Origin: Octopus bimaculoides
Taxonomy: Eukaryota
Assembly (NCBI RefSeq): GCF_001194135.2
Contig: NC_068981.1
Location: 3,539,705-3,574,753 of the forward strand
Direction: 5' to 3'
Length of the DNA stretch: 35,049 bases
The position numbers and the translations under genes are program-made. Every line of letters starts with the position of its first letter. Position 1 is the stretch's first letter. Shown in pieces: positions 20,826 through 32,019 of the stretch. The notes under the pieces are model-generated. The model saw only the letters and a list, made by a program, of their open reading frames with translations. It made no database searches and was not told where the DNA came from.

Positions 20826-22168
20826 TGTGTCCTATTCACTGCAGACTCATTTATTTTGTATATTTAGTATAAACGTAGATATAGTGAAAACTAATTTAAT
20901 ATTTAATTAAGGAAGAAAAGTTGAATTAGTATTATAAAATGGAAAAATGGCAGATAATTTTGGCTGTTTTTATCCATAAATCTACCAAATATTGAAAATG
21001 AATTTTATTGCCTGAAAACTGCATGTGTATCTGTGAGTAAGCAATTAATTTTACAAATACAGTGATTTACTAAATTTATTTAACAAAAAATAAAAACTTG
21101 ACTTACTTCAATGGAATTATGTTGATTATTGCAAGAAGAAAGTTGCAGGATTATAGAATATTATATAAAGATTTGGAACATGTGGTGTGCCCTGGTGGCC
21201 AGTTATTGTAAGGGAGATAATCATTTTTAGATGAACATTGACAAACTTAGGAATTTGAATTTTAAACCGAAGACCAAGGAAGAAGAGATTTAGTGTATAA
21301 CTTTTTTTTAAAATTTTAGTTTACTGTCTTGTTAAGGTAAACCTACAAAAAATGTATTCCGTCCAGTGAGAGATAAATAGCATTTAATGTTCACTACATT
21401 TAAATAAGAGCTACTGATAGTTTCTTGCCAAAAAGGCACAGGGTTAGGCAGGTTTTTATAATGTGTCTTGTATCTTCAAGCAATCTACAGGCTCTGAGCA
21501 CATGATTTAGTCTAATTGACAATCAGGATACTGAAAATCAGAACAAACCATGTGCTCATAGCTTATTTTAATGCAGTGTACATTAAAGGATATTTTTTTA
21601 TTTTATTTCATTTTATTTCCATATTTTTGCTATCTCATTACAAAGATGTACCTCTTGGGCACAGGGATAGGTTTGATCAGCTTTGGTCAGATCAGTTGGA
21701 GGAGGTTGTATGTTACAAGACTCGAAACCTCAATGACTCCAGATTACAATGCTAATGATGTGTTTAAGCATTGCATCTGGAAATGTCTGTTGAACTATGC
21801 CAAGATTTAGTAATATTCATTATAAAGCAGCCAGGTACATAACTTTCTAAGTATCAGTCTCTACGAATGCTCTGTACTTGCCCATCACTCCCCACCCCAC
21901 CCCACCCATTTTAGAGTAATGTTCCAGAATGCTTGACTCACCATACATCAAACTATANNNNNNNNNNNNNNNNNNNNNNNNNNNNNNNNNNNNNNNNNNN
22001 NNNNNNNNNNNNNNNNNNNNNNNNNNNNNNNNNNNNNNNNNNNNNNNNNNNCTTGTTTTTTTAACAGCTTTACAAAATCTTTCAAGTTCTAGTTTTTTAA
22101 TATTTCAACTGCAACTGGTTTCTTAGTTCGATTTGTGTGTTTGTGAAAGTCAAAAGCCCAATTCATGC

Positions 22169-22211
<43 letters not shown>

Positions 22212-22679
22212 TACACATATATACACATATATATATGATGAAATAGACTCTGCATTGGGAAGACTTTTATGGTGTAGTAAAATCAATAAAAAACTGCAGT
22301 GAACTTGCCATTTCTCAGTTATTTCTTTCCTTTCAACATTTTCCCAAAGAAGGACACTGTCTGAAATGTTGGATTTTACACTTACACTCCTCACGGCAGT
22401 TCATTGAATTCTTTTTATCAATCTTACTACATTATATCTACATATGTTTTCTGTTCCATCAAATACACGACTGTATTTGAGTTATCCTTTTTATTGTAGA
22501 TTTTTTCATATTTTCTTATTAGATTTTTACAGTTAGTTTGGAGCAATAAAGTTTCTAAATTAATATTCAATGTTTCTATATATTCATAGTCTCATTTTCA
22601 AGAATTAAATACATTTTGTGCCTGTGTTGTTCTGGTTGAATTTATCTTATGAAATTCTTCACAAAAACAGAAGACTAAT

Positions 22680-22960
22680 TAGGGGAGCCTTATCCATATC
22701 ACAATGCAATGCAAAAATCAAGAAACCAAAAATATATGCCTAAAAAATTTAACATGTGGTTACTAACATAGAAATATAATGATAAAAATTTTGACCACAA
22801 CAAACAAATCAACACATAACTGCTGATATATGGAGCTAATGGTCAAAAAATCCTTTGGCGGGGAAGTCTAAATGAATTCAATTAGAATATAAGAAACAAT
22901 ACAGAAGCAAAACGTATTCATTCCTTGAAAATGCGACTGAAGATCTGGAAATGTCAAATA
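22680..22960 (+). mobile_element. Possible decayed Tc1 transposase fragment
   Basis: tggtcaaaaaatcctttggcgggggaagtctaaatgaattcaa echoes W..(V/I)LWSDE.KFN only after assuming frameshifts. Confidence 0.25.
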
Positions 22961-23640
22961 TGAAATTAGGAACTTTAATGTTCCAAACCAATTGTAAGAA
23001 AACTAATAAGAAAATGCAAAAAAATCTAAAATAAAAAAAGGTAAAACTTGAATACAGTCATATATTCAAATAAAATCTGTTCCTCATATATATATATATA
23101 TATATATANNNNNNNNNNNNNNNNNNNNNNNNNNNNNNNNNNNNNNNNNNNNNNNNNNNNNNNNNNNNNNNNNNNNNNNNNNNNNNNNNNNNNNNNNNNN
23201 NNNNNNNNNNNNNNNNNNNNNNNNNNNNNNNNNNNNNNNNNNNNNNNNNNNNNNNNNNNNNNNNNNNNNNNNNNNNNNNNNNNNNNNNNNNNNNNNNNNN
23301 NNNNNNNNNNNNNNNNNNNNNNNNNNNNNNNNNNNNNNNNNNNNNNNNNNNNNNNNNNNNNNNNNNNNNNNNNNNNNNNNNNNNNNNNAGTGAACTTGCC
23401 ATTTCTCAGTTATTTCTTTCCTTTCTTTTCTTTCCTTTCAAAATTTGTAGTTTAGAATCAGTAGTTTTTTTACTGCTATTTCTAAATTTTCAGTATGTTG
23501 GAGAAGCAACTCAATGCTAATCCCTGTATATTTATGATGATAAATGGTTTTACCGATAAAGGTTTTTTCATACTGAACTACTTGGCAAAATTGTTAATTA
23601 TTAATTCTATTATTAATTGACGATTCCCTGCCCTTATTCT

Positions 23641-23790
23641 TGTATATATATATATATATATATATTTCTCTCACTGTTTATTTCTGTGTTTCTTTCTGTT
23701 AAAGAGCATAGGCTCGAAATGTAAAAGACATTTGTTGTTTACACATCCATCTTCATCTTTTGTATTTTTTGTAAATTCTCACAATATATA
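23641..23790 (+). mobile_element. Short (TA)n-flanked element carrying a hammerhead motif (Penelope pLTR-like)
   Basis: A TA run on the left and aatatata on the right bracket a motif at 23691-23728. Confidence 0.55.
23691..23728 (+). ncRNA. Minimal type-I hammerhead-like motif with perfect stems and a mutated core
   Basis: TCTTT-CTGTTAA-A-GAGC atag GCTC-GAAAT-GTA-AAAGA: stem I TCTTT/AAAGA (5/5), stem II GAGC/GCTC (4/4), GUA triplet. Core deviations are A6U, G8A and C15.2U. Confidence 0.6.
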
Positions 23791-24104
23791 ATAAGTAAGG
23801 AAAGAGGGATTAAGTAAATCCGGGCAAATGCCTCTGAATGTACTCTGTGTAAACAAAACTAGGTTAACAGGATGTTCAATCAAGATTATGATAATCCAAA
23901 CAAGTTGTTAAATCCATGTATCAGGTGCAAACTGTATATCTGAAGTTTATTACCAATTAGTATTTTGGTTTATTAATCCAGGAGTGAATTAGTAAAGAAA
24001 TAAACAAGGAAAAATGATGTTCAAAGTATCGAACAAACATAATCCTTCAGTCTTCACTACACACACACATACATACACACAAACACACACACATATAGCA
24101 TCAT

Positions 24105-24280
24105 CATCATCTTTTCCTGAATGGCATTGGTTGGACAGTTTGACAGAAGCTAGCAAGCTGGAGGGCTGCACCAGGATCCAGCTGTCCATTTTGGGCATGG
24201 TTTCTACAAGTGGATGCCCTTCCTAATGCCAACTACTTTACAGAGTGCACTGGGTGCCCCTTACATGGCACCAGCACAGG
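24105..24280 (-). mobile_element. Short RTE-derived element
   Basis: catcatcatc...ggttggacagtttgac...tttctacaagtggatgcccttcctaatgccaactactttacagagtgcactgggtgc. Confidence 0.85.
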
Positions 24281-24400
24281 TGCATATATATACATATATA
24301 TATGCCATTGGTCCAACCTATGCCAGCTTGGAAAATAGACAGCAAATGATGATGTTGATAATGATACATATATGTATGTGTGTATGCATGTATGTTTGTG

Positions 24401-24434
<34 letters not shown>

Positions 24435-24490
24435 TATGCTGTTCCATGATGGTAAGATCAACAAAAAAAATACTCCATCTAGTGAGAGAT

Positions 24491-24670
24491 AAATATTATT
24501 TAATAAACACAGTATATATTTTTATGTGCTACTATTAGTTTCATGTACTGTGAACAAATTCGTTATGCTATGTGAGCAGTGCCTGATGCTTGTCCTGGAA
24601 CACCAAATATGTTTTAAAGCAATGTTTGGCTTGTTCTCAGCACATGGAACTAATAGTGTTTATTAAATAT
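24491..24670. mobile_element. Internally deleted second copy of the same foldback element, abutting the first
   Basis: 24491-24550 repeats the outer left arm (aatattatttaataaacac...tatgtgcta...ttagtttcatgt); 24562-24669 repeats the right arm (gttatgctatgtg(a/g)gcagtgcctgatg...). Confidence 0.75.
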
Positions 24671-24672
24671 AT

Positions 24673-25281
24673 AATATTATTTAATAAACACAATATACAT
24701 TTTTATGTGCTATCATTAGTTTCATGTGGTGAGAGCATGTCAGACAGCATTTTTCAACATGTCTGGTGTCCTAGCACAATCATCAGGCACTGCCCACATG
24801 GTATAATGAACTAAAATAGGATGAGAGAAAAAGTGAGAAAAGGCGAGAAGGAAGTAGATATAAAAGAAAAAGAAAACAGAAAGAAGCAAATGGGGGAATT
24901 AAAGCTATTTCCCCTTAAACCATAAAATATAAGGCTGAAAGGATAGTGGCTTAGAGTTTGTGGTATAGCTGTCCAATTCAGAGAGGGTGGCATTTTCCAA
25001 TTCATCGACAGGAACTTAACCATATGCTTACAACCACTGAAAATTTTGGATCTAGAATTCAGCAGTGTGTTATATATCTACTTCTTTCTCACCTTATCTC
25101 ACCTTATCTCACTTTTTCTCTCATCCTATCATCCCATTTTTAGTTTGTTATGCTATGTGGGCAGTGCCTGATGGTTGCGCTAGGACACCAGACATGTTAA
25201 AAAATACTATCTGGCATGCTTTCAGCACATGAAACTAAAAGTAGCAGATAAAAACATATATTGTGCTTATTAAATAATATT
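24673..25281. mobile_element. Foldback / long-TIR MITE with arms of about 190-210 bp and a 210-bp spacer
   Basis: Left arm 24673-24862 is the reverse complement of right arm 25073-25281; 24756-24799 versus 25155-25198 match at 42 of 44 positions. Confidence 0.85.
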
Positions 25282-25309
25282 TTATATTTATATGTATAGT
25301 AGCACTGCT

Positions 25310-26350
25310 TCATTTTGAAGAATTGTTTTTCTTTTCTTTCCAGAATGCATTAATAGATTTGACTTTTTATTGAAATTATAAGTATCTGATCATTTTTAAA
25401 TTTCACTAAACAATTCTCAAAATTTATTAATGTTTCACAAAATCTTCAAGAAAATCATTAACGTTGACACTTAATGCAATTCTCATCCAATTGTAATTCT
25501 CAGTCTCTCCTGTTGGAATGTAATAATTGAATTTCGTTATCAATTTTCTTACATGGTTCCAAGATAATATTTTGTACGCCATTAAATTTATTATCATAAT
25601 TTTCTCTTAGTAGAGTGAATTCTGGGGGGAAAAAAAAAAAAAATGGAGCTTTTTTTTTTCTTCTTGTGCTCCATTTTCCTATTCCACAAAATAGTTTTTC
25701 TTTAAATTCTTTTATTTTGTCCATTAAACCAATAATTGTATGATCAGAGTGTTGAAGAAAGATAACTAAGTCATCCAAGTTGGAAAAAAAATATTAGAAA
25801 GAAAAGCTAATTGAAGCACCCACTTAGAATCTGAAAATATCGGTGCTGAAGAATGATTATGTTTGTTGTTTTTTTATATGGAAAAAAAAATGTCTACTTC
25901 ACTTGATTGTGACATAGTTCACAACAGAACTTTTCTGAAGATCAAATTGTTATCTGATCATGAAATAATATTGTAAATGTTCGATTTCAGATCTGATTAA
26001 AGAACAAAAATTACTGAAGAATCTATTATTGAGAGATTTTGACTTCATAAAGTTTACAATCTGAACAATGTCATTTGTAGTGATATCGAATTCCAATGAT
26101 TATCTATTTTCTGAAACAAGATTTTCTCTGTGAAGAAAAGTAGTAGAACTCTTTAATGTGAGGATTATCTCCCTTACTTTACTGCAAAACTCTACTAACT
26201 CTAATCGTAGCTCAGAGCATCTCTGCTAAAATGCTTAATACAGCTTAACATGTCTTCATTAAAAATGGATTCTACCATTTCAAATATACAATTTCTAGTT
26301 GTTGAAGGAATAGAAATGAATTGCAGAATAAAATGTCCTCTTTCTTGCCT
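25310..26350 (-). mobile_element. Decayed hAT transposase (Buster/Charlie/ZBED5-like)
   Basis: Minus strand: KEDILFC; FLHRENLVS; DIVQIVNFMKSKSLNNRFFSNFCSL; DLVIFLQHSDHTIIGLMDKIKEFKEKL; NYNWMR...INAFW. Confidence 0.75.
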
Positions 26351-26429
26351 TTCTTTTTCCACCAGTGTATCACACATTAGTCTTTACTCCCAACAATCAT
26401 CTTATGAACCAAATACTCTACTTTGGCAA

Positions 26430-26645
26430 AAAACCCACCTCTCGGTCTAAAGGTCTTGTCTTGTGAGTTACTTGGTCACTTCAACAGTGCTGCTGTCATG
26501 GAAAAAGCACCCAGTACACAATGTAAAGTGGTTGGTGTTAGAAAAGGTATCCAGCCAGAGAAACCATGTCAAAGTAGATACTGAAGTTCAATGAAGTCCT
26601 CTGACTTGTAAGAGCTGATTGAACCATCCAGCCCATGCCAATATA
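26430..26645 (+). mobile_element. Short RTE-derived element
   Basis: aaaagcacccagtacacaatgtaaagtggttggtgttagaaaaggtatccagc...aaccatccagcccatgcca. Confidence 0.75.
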
Positions 26646-26647
26646 GA

Positions 26648-26860
26648 ACAGGGCAGCAGACTCGCAGTCGTAGGATCGCAGTTTTGATTCCCAGACCGGG
26701 CATTGTGAGTGTTTATTGATTGAAAACACCTAAAGCTCCATGAGGCTCCGGCAGGGGATGGTGGCGAACCCCGCTGTACTCTTTCACCACAACTTTCTCT
26801 CACTCTTACTTCTTGTTTCTGTTGTACCTGTAATTCAAAGGGCCAGCCTTGTCACACATT
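26648..26860 (+). mobile_element. Family C SINE truncated at both ends
   Basis: gggcagcagactcgcagtcgtaggatcgcagttttgattcccagaccggg...ccagccttgtcacac, collinear with 19915-20120. Confidence 0.85.
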
Positions 26861-26861
26861 G

Positions 26862-27117
26862 TTATCTGTTGGTATTGATATTTCAATTAGAAAACAGTTT
26901 TTCTTCTTCATGATCTCTGACAACTATATCCGGCCTATTGGCCTTAATTTCTCTATTTGTGTGTATTGATATATCGCAGAGTATGGTTGCTTTCTTATTT
27001 TTTGTGACCTTTACTGGCATATGTCTATACCATCCTTTTTCTGTTGTTATTCCCATAGTGTTGGCACAGCTTACAGTGTATATAGGTCCCAACTCTGTCA
27101 TGTCTGTGAATATATTC
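26862..27117 (-). mobile_element. R4/Dong-clade non-LTR fragment (restriction-like endonuclease domain)
   Basis: RHDRVGTYIH, then after a frameshift ITTEKGWYRHMPVKVTKNKKATILCDISIHTNREIKANRPDIVVRDHEEEK; RHD and NRPD are the hallmark RLE motifs. Confidence 0.85.
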
Positions 27118-27320
27118 CTTATTATTATTACGTTTAACTCATGTTTTGCTGGAGCTCCTGGAGTCTTGCATGTATAGCAGGCTTGCTACCTGTTCTCTTC
27201 AACTATCTAATACTCTCCTAGTTATTCTGGTTATGCCAAGGAGGCAAACCTTTTGTAACAGTTCTACTGGGTACTCTATTCCGATTTCCTTTATATTCCA
27301 CTTTTGCCATGTAAAATGCA
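27118..27320 (-). mobile_element. RLE-type non-LTR extreme C-terminus, 3' UTR and (TAA)n tail
   Basis: IEYPVELLQKVCLLGITRITRRVLDS*, followed by a UTR ending at plus-strand ttattattatta. Confidence 0.7.
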
Positions 27321-27520
27321 TCCGTGCCAGTGCAATGTAAATGCACCCACACTGGTGGTGTATAGAAACACCCAGTTCACTCTGTAAAACGGTTGGCATT
27401 AGGAAGGGCATCCAGCAGTAGAAACCATGTTCCTGTCAAACAGTCCGACCCATGCCAGCAAGGAAAACGAAATTTAAATGATGATGATGATGATGATGAC
27501 AACGACGATGATGATGATGC
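27320..27520 (+). mobile_element. Short RTE-derived element with a (GAT)n tail
   Basis: aaacacccagttcactctgtaaaacggttggcattaggaagggcatccagcagtagaaacc...ccgacccatgccagcaaggaaaacg...aaatgatgatg. Confidence 0.85.
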
Positions 27521-27599
27521 CATCTGAAACGAAATATTTCCACACCATAAACAAATGAACAAGAGTTCTCTAAGTGCCATTCTTGACGATCAATAGACG

Positions 27600-28091
27600 A
27601 TGCAGTAGCTGCATTGCACTGAAAATACTGCCTGTCTTCCTCATCTCCATCCACCTTCCTCCTCCACCTCCTCTCCCTTCCTCCTCTTTACTCTGCTCTA
27701 AATCTTCTGTTGTTGTTCTTCCATCATCTTTATCTTCTTCTCCTCCCCCTATCTCTCCTCTTCTTCCCCCCTCTCTCTTTACACTCTCCTCACACTCACC
27801 CTCATCTCTGTTATATTCAAGTGATGTTGTCAGTTGCTTCTCGTTTCATGTTTTGCACCAAGATCTCGTTTCTTGTCTTTAGCTTTTGTGTTCGTCAGCA
27901 GAAATACAAAGCTTCAATCAAAGCATTTGAAAATACAACTGTCTGTATGTATATATACACATTCTTGTTTGTATACATATATATATGTGCATGTGTCTGT
28001 GTGCATGTATGTTAATATGTGGATGAGTATGTATATATATGTATATGCATTTGTGTGAACATATATATATATGCATATGTGTATATGCATA

Positions 28092-28190
<99 letters not shown>

Positions 28191-28297
28191 GTATATGTAT
28201 GTATATGCATATGAGTATATATATGTGTATATATATGTGTATATATATGTGTATATGCATATGTGTATGTGTCTGTGTGCATATGTATATGTGCCTG

Positions 28298-28340
<43 letters not shown>
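27600..28340. repeat. CT-rich low-complexity tract (27600-27830) and compound (TA)n/(TATG)n microsatellite (27940-28340)
   Basis: Read directly from the sequence. Confidence 0.92.
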
Positions 28341-28343
<3 letters not shown>

Positions 28344-28622
28344 ACACAAAGGAATAGAGATTTGGAATCTGGGCAGGTACTTTATAAGCAGTCTGAAATA
28401 ATCCAGATATGGCTAACCACATTGAATGCAAAGAAACAGACAGAATCATTTAACATAAACAAACTGTACCACACTCAATAAGTAAGACTTGAGTTCATTT
28501 CATTGGATTGCCTGCAACACATGGACTACGTAAATCAAGACATCATAAAGAAGAACAGAGAATATTATGTTAATAAAATAAATTTGGAAGATGTATAATT
28601 TCCCATTCTTCTTGATTATATA

Positions 28623-28858
28623 CAGGCTGTTCAAAAAGTCTCTCCACAGTAAGTGTTTTATTGCAAAATAAATATTTATAAGATGGTATAAGAAGACTAC
28701 AAAAGAATATATTAGACTTTACAAGGCTTTAAAAAACCTTATAAGAGGTGTTGAAAGTGCCGTCCTTCAATTTCAGTACATAAGTTGACTCTTCTACATG
28801 TTTTGAAGTACATCTTGGAGGTAAAAACTCACTGTGGAGAGACTTTTTGAACCCCCCG
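28623..28858. mobile_element. Tc1/mariner MITE, 236 bp, with TA TSD
   Basis: TA at 28621-28622 and 28859-28860; the TIRs share GTTCAAAAAGTCTCTCCACAGT (22 identical bases). Confidence 0.9.
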
Positions 28859-28860
28859 TA

Positions 28861-29430
28861 AAGACCAAAATTGTTGTCTATAAGGTGTGCAGTGGGACAT
28901 GGAGCCTCTACTCTAGACAGGAGCAGCGTCTCAATGTCTTTCACCTTTGTAATTTAAGACGCATCTTGGACATCAAGTGGACCAACCACATCACCAACAC
29001 CAAAGTCCTCAACCGAGCCAAGATACTCAGCATACACAACTTGCTGCAATAGTGTCACTTGCATTGACTCGGTCATGTTCATCGTGTGCCAGACAGAAGG
29101 ATCTCAAAAGACTTCCTGTATGGGGAACTGGCTACCAGCACAAGAGCACGAGGACAACTTCATGTTTGTTTCAAAGATGCCTGTAAGAGAGTTATGAAGT
29201 TGCTTGATCTGGACGTCCTGAGATGGAAGAAGATTGCAAATGATTGCCCACACTGGAGGCAAATACTGCAAAAGGGGATGAAGCAAGCAGAAGAAAAACA
29301 GGTAAAGAAGTCGCACTCGACCGAAGGAAAAACCAACAGTGCCGGCAGAGAGCTCCTTCAATGCAGTCGCTTTACGCATGACTGCCACTCCTGTGTGGGC
29401 CTGTACAGCCACAACAGACATTGCACCCTC
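28861..29430 (+). mobile_element. RTE (BovB-like) ORF2 C-terminal fragment with terminal zinc finger
   Basis: KTKIVVYKVC...RQEQRLNVFHLCNLRRILDIKWTNHITNTKVLNRA...LGHVHRVPDRRISKDFLYGEL...CSRFTHDCHSCVGLYSHNRHC. Confidence 0.92.
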
Positions 29431-29547
29431 ATCAGTAGCTGGTACGATTTCTTTCTGCTGCTGCCACCACCACCACCACCACCATTATTATTATCATTGT
29501 TATTAGTTAATTAGTGAGTGAGCTAATTGGTTATTTAGTTGGTTAGT

Positions 29548-29770
29548 CAGGTGAGAAAAGCAGTGGGCTTGCAGAATCATTAGCATTTCAGACAAAATGG
29601 TTTCGTGGTATTTCTTCTGGCTCTTTATACACTGAGTTCAAATCTTGCTGGCATCAGCCTTGCCTTCCATCCGTTTTAGGGTCAATAAAGTTAAATACCA
29701 GTCAAATACTGAGGTTGATGTAATCGATTTACTACTTTCCTGGCTTTGCACCAAAATTGGAAAGAATTAT
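29548..29770 (+). mobile_element. Family B SINE
   Basis: gcagaatcattagc...ctgagttcaaatcttgctgg...gccttccatccgttttagggtcaataaagttaaataccag. Confidence 0.8.
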
Positions 29771-29968
29771 TAAGTCAGACAAAAACACAATATGGGAAAT
29801 AGTGTGGTTATATTTTGATATATTGTTGATCAATATATTACAGATTATGGCAGATAGAAGATCATAATGTTTCTGTTGGTTTCACACTGATTATTGCACT
29901 TGACAATATTGACACTTTAGACATCTGGCCAGAACGGCATGCCTTTTTTTATGCCGGACGTGTATGTA

Positions 29969-30414
29969 CCATAATTCCTCAAGTATAATCCGCATTTTTT
30001 TCCCAAAATTTAAAGGTCAAAATCCCTAGTGCGTACTATATACGAGGTTAAAAATGAAAAATATTTTCTAAGCAATGTCCGAGTCTCTATTTGCTGTCCG
30101 GCAATGTTTATTCAGACGCATTTTGTGATATTGGGCTTGTAACTGATAGTAATAAGTATGCAAAGGCAATTTACTTAATATTTATTTTTCAGTGTTATTT
30201 CTTTATTTTCTGCAAACAAAGTGCACAAAAAAGCTTCACGTTTGCATTATGTTATAAATACAATAATAAAGGACATTACCGTATATATGTTTACAGAAAG
30301 GACGTTATACAGACCTCCTTGACTCAAGTTAGAGAAGGGGTGCGTATTATACACAAAGTTTAGGTTTTTCAGAGGTACAGCCCCCTAAAAATTTCCTGCG
30401 TATTATACTCAAGG
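29969..30414. mobile_element. Pogo/Tigger-like non-autonomous element; the right end is cut by a SINE
   Basis: ta-ccataattcctcaagtataatccgca and tgcgtattatactcaagg (30397-30414) are inverted matches; an internal gtgcgtattatac repeat lies near 30340. Confidence 0.65.
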
Positions 30415-30559
30415 CTGTGCTGTTAAGAAGTTTGATTTCCAGCCATGAGGTCTTGGGTTCAGTTACATTGCATGGCACCTTGGGTAGGTGTGTTCTATAG
30501 CCCTGGACAAACAAAGCCTTTTCAGGGGATATGGCAGATGGAAACTGAAAGAAGCCTGA

Positions 30560-30590
<31 letters not shown>

Positions 30591-30850
30591 CTGTGTGTGT
30601 GTGTGTGTGTGTCAGTGTGTTAGTGTACCTGTTTTGACATTGCATGATAGTCGTAAACAAATGTCACTGTCATACAAGCAGCATTCATCACTTCCAGTCT
30701 TCCTTGCAAAATGTGACTGGTCATGGAGACATCTTATCTTACTTGGAGCCATATTAAGGTTGGCAACAGGAATGGAAAATCTGCTTTGACAAATTCCATC
30801 CAATGCATTGCAAGTATGGTAAAGCAAGCATTAAAATGATGATGATGATG
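30413..30850 (+). mobile_element. Family A SINE head with (TG)n, an RTE-type tail and (GAT)n
   Basis: Head matches family A up to gaaactgaaagaagcc; it then reads aggttggcaacaggaatgg...tccatccaatgcattgcaagtatgg...aaatgatgatgatg. Confidence 0.75.
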
Positions 30851-31334
30851 GTCGCCACCACTACCACCACCGCCGCCACTGCCATCACCACCATCTTTGC
30901 AGAAGGCTAAGCCAGCTGTTAGCAAAAAACAAATCCAAAGAAAAAAACTCATTGATTTTCTCGCTTTCAATGCAAAAAGCAAAGATTTTTTTTTTTTCAG
31001 ATGGCTTTAGTTATGTTTCTCCATATATAATCTAGATTACTTACCTGAGTTTATCTTAGTTTTATATTCACGATGTGCTTGGAAGTAAGAATCAACAGCA
31101 ATTATCTTTCTCATTAAGATAATGAGCTCCTGCAAAACTTGTACTTTTATCACCGTTCTCTACTTTTGGTGTCTTCTTATCAATGGCAAACAGGAAACTT
31201 GTGTACGTTTTGATAGAATTATCAAACACGCGCACACACACACATTAATAAATATGCACAAACATATTTCATAACGGCTTCATCAGAGTAACAAATTCAA
31301 GGGTAAAAGGTCAAAAGATAAGCCTTTTTTACAT

Positions 31335-31370
<36 letters not shown>

Positions 31371-31382
31371 TTTTTCTTTATT

Positions 31383-31413
<31 letters not shown>

Positions 31414-31430
31414 GTCTTTCTCTCTTTCAT
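31335..31430. repeat. (TTTC)n microsatellite
   Basis: Read directly from the sequence. Confidence 0.95.
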
Positions 31431-31825
31431 TCAACAAAAGGCTACATTTGAAGCTCAACGATTACGTTTACATCTTTGATAACGAAGTGAAATGAAATTT
31501 AGAGAATGTACACTTCCAAAACTGAATTACGAGGGCCTGCAGTGAAGAATTTCTTAAGAATTAGACAAGCTGATCTTAACTGTGGGTGGCAGCCAAACTT
31601 CTTGTGGGTATGGGGACCAAAAGCTGGGGTATGGGTCTCTACTTTAATGGTTTTATGTATCTATAATGGTGTACAGTAATTCTGCTGAGCAAATGATAAT
31701 TTGAAGAATTTTTACAATAATTGTTATCTGAAAGTGTGGCAATGTTGCTACCCAGGGTGCTGCCAGTTAAAATGCTGGTGTAGCTGGGGTTAGACGCTAA
31801 ATAATTTTTGTGTATATTCAGTCTT

Positions 31826-31982
31826 TACACATGTGGTAGTGTGGTAAGAAGCTTGCTTCTCAACCACATGACTCCAGGTTCAGTCCCACTGCATGGCACC
31901 TTGCGCAAGCATCTTCTATTACAGCCACTGACTGACAAAGCCTTGCGAGTGGATTTGGTAGACAGAAGCTGAAAGAAGCACA

Positions 31983-32019
<37 letters not shown>

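Noticed and set aside
21101-21300. Strong minus-strand donor GAA|GTAAGT
   Set aside because: All three upstream frames are closed by stops before any usable acceptor.
27914-28481. Poly-IY/YI ORFs, and similar poly-I, poly-CV and poly-HT ORFs elsewhere
   Set aside because: Translations of (TA)n, (AAT)n and (TG)n microsatellites.
31200-31292. Minus-strand CTGATGAAGCCG with a downstream AAAACGTA
   Set aside because: No closing stem II strand next to a GAAA and no stem I pairing; interrupted by (TG)n.
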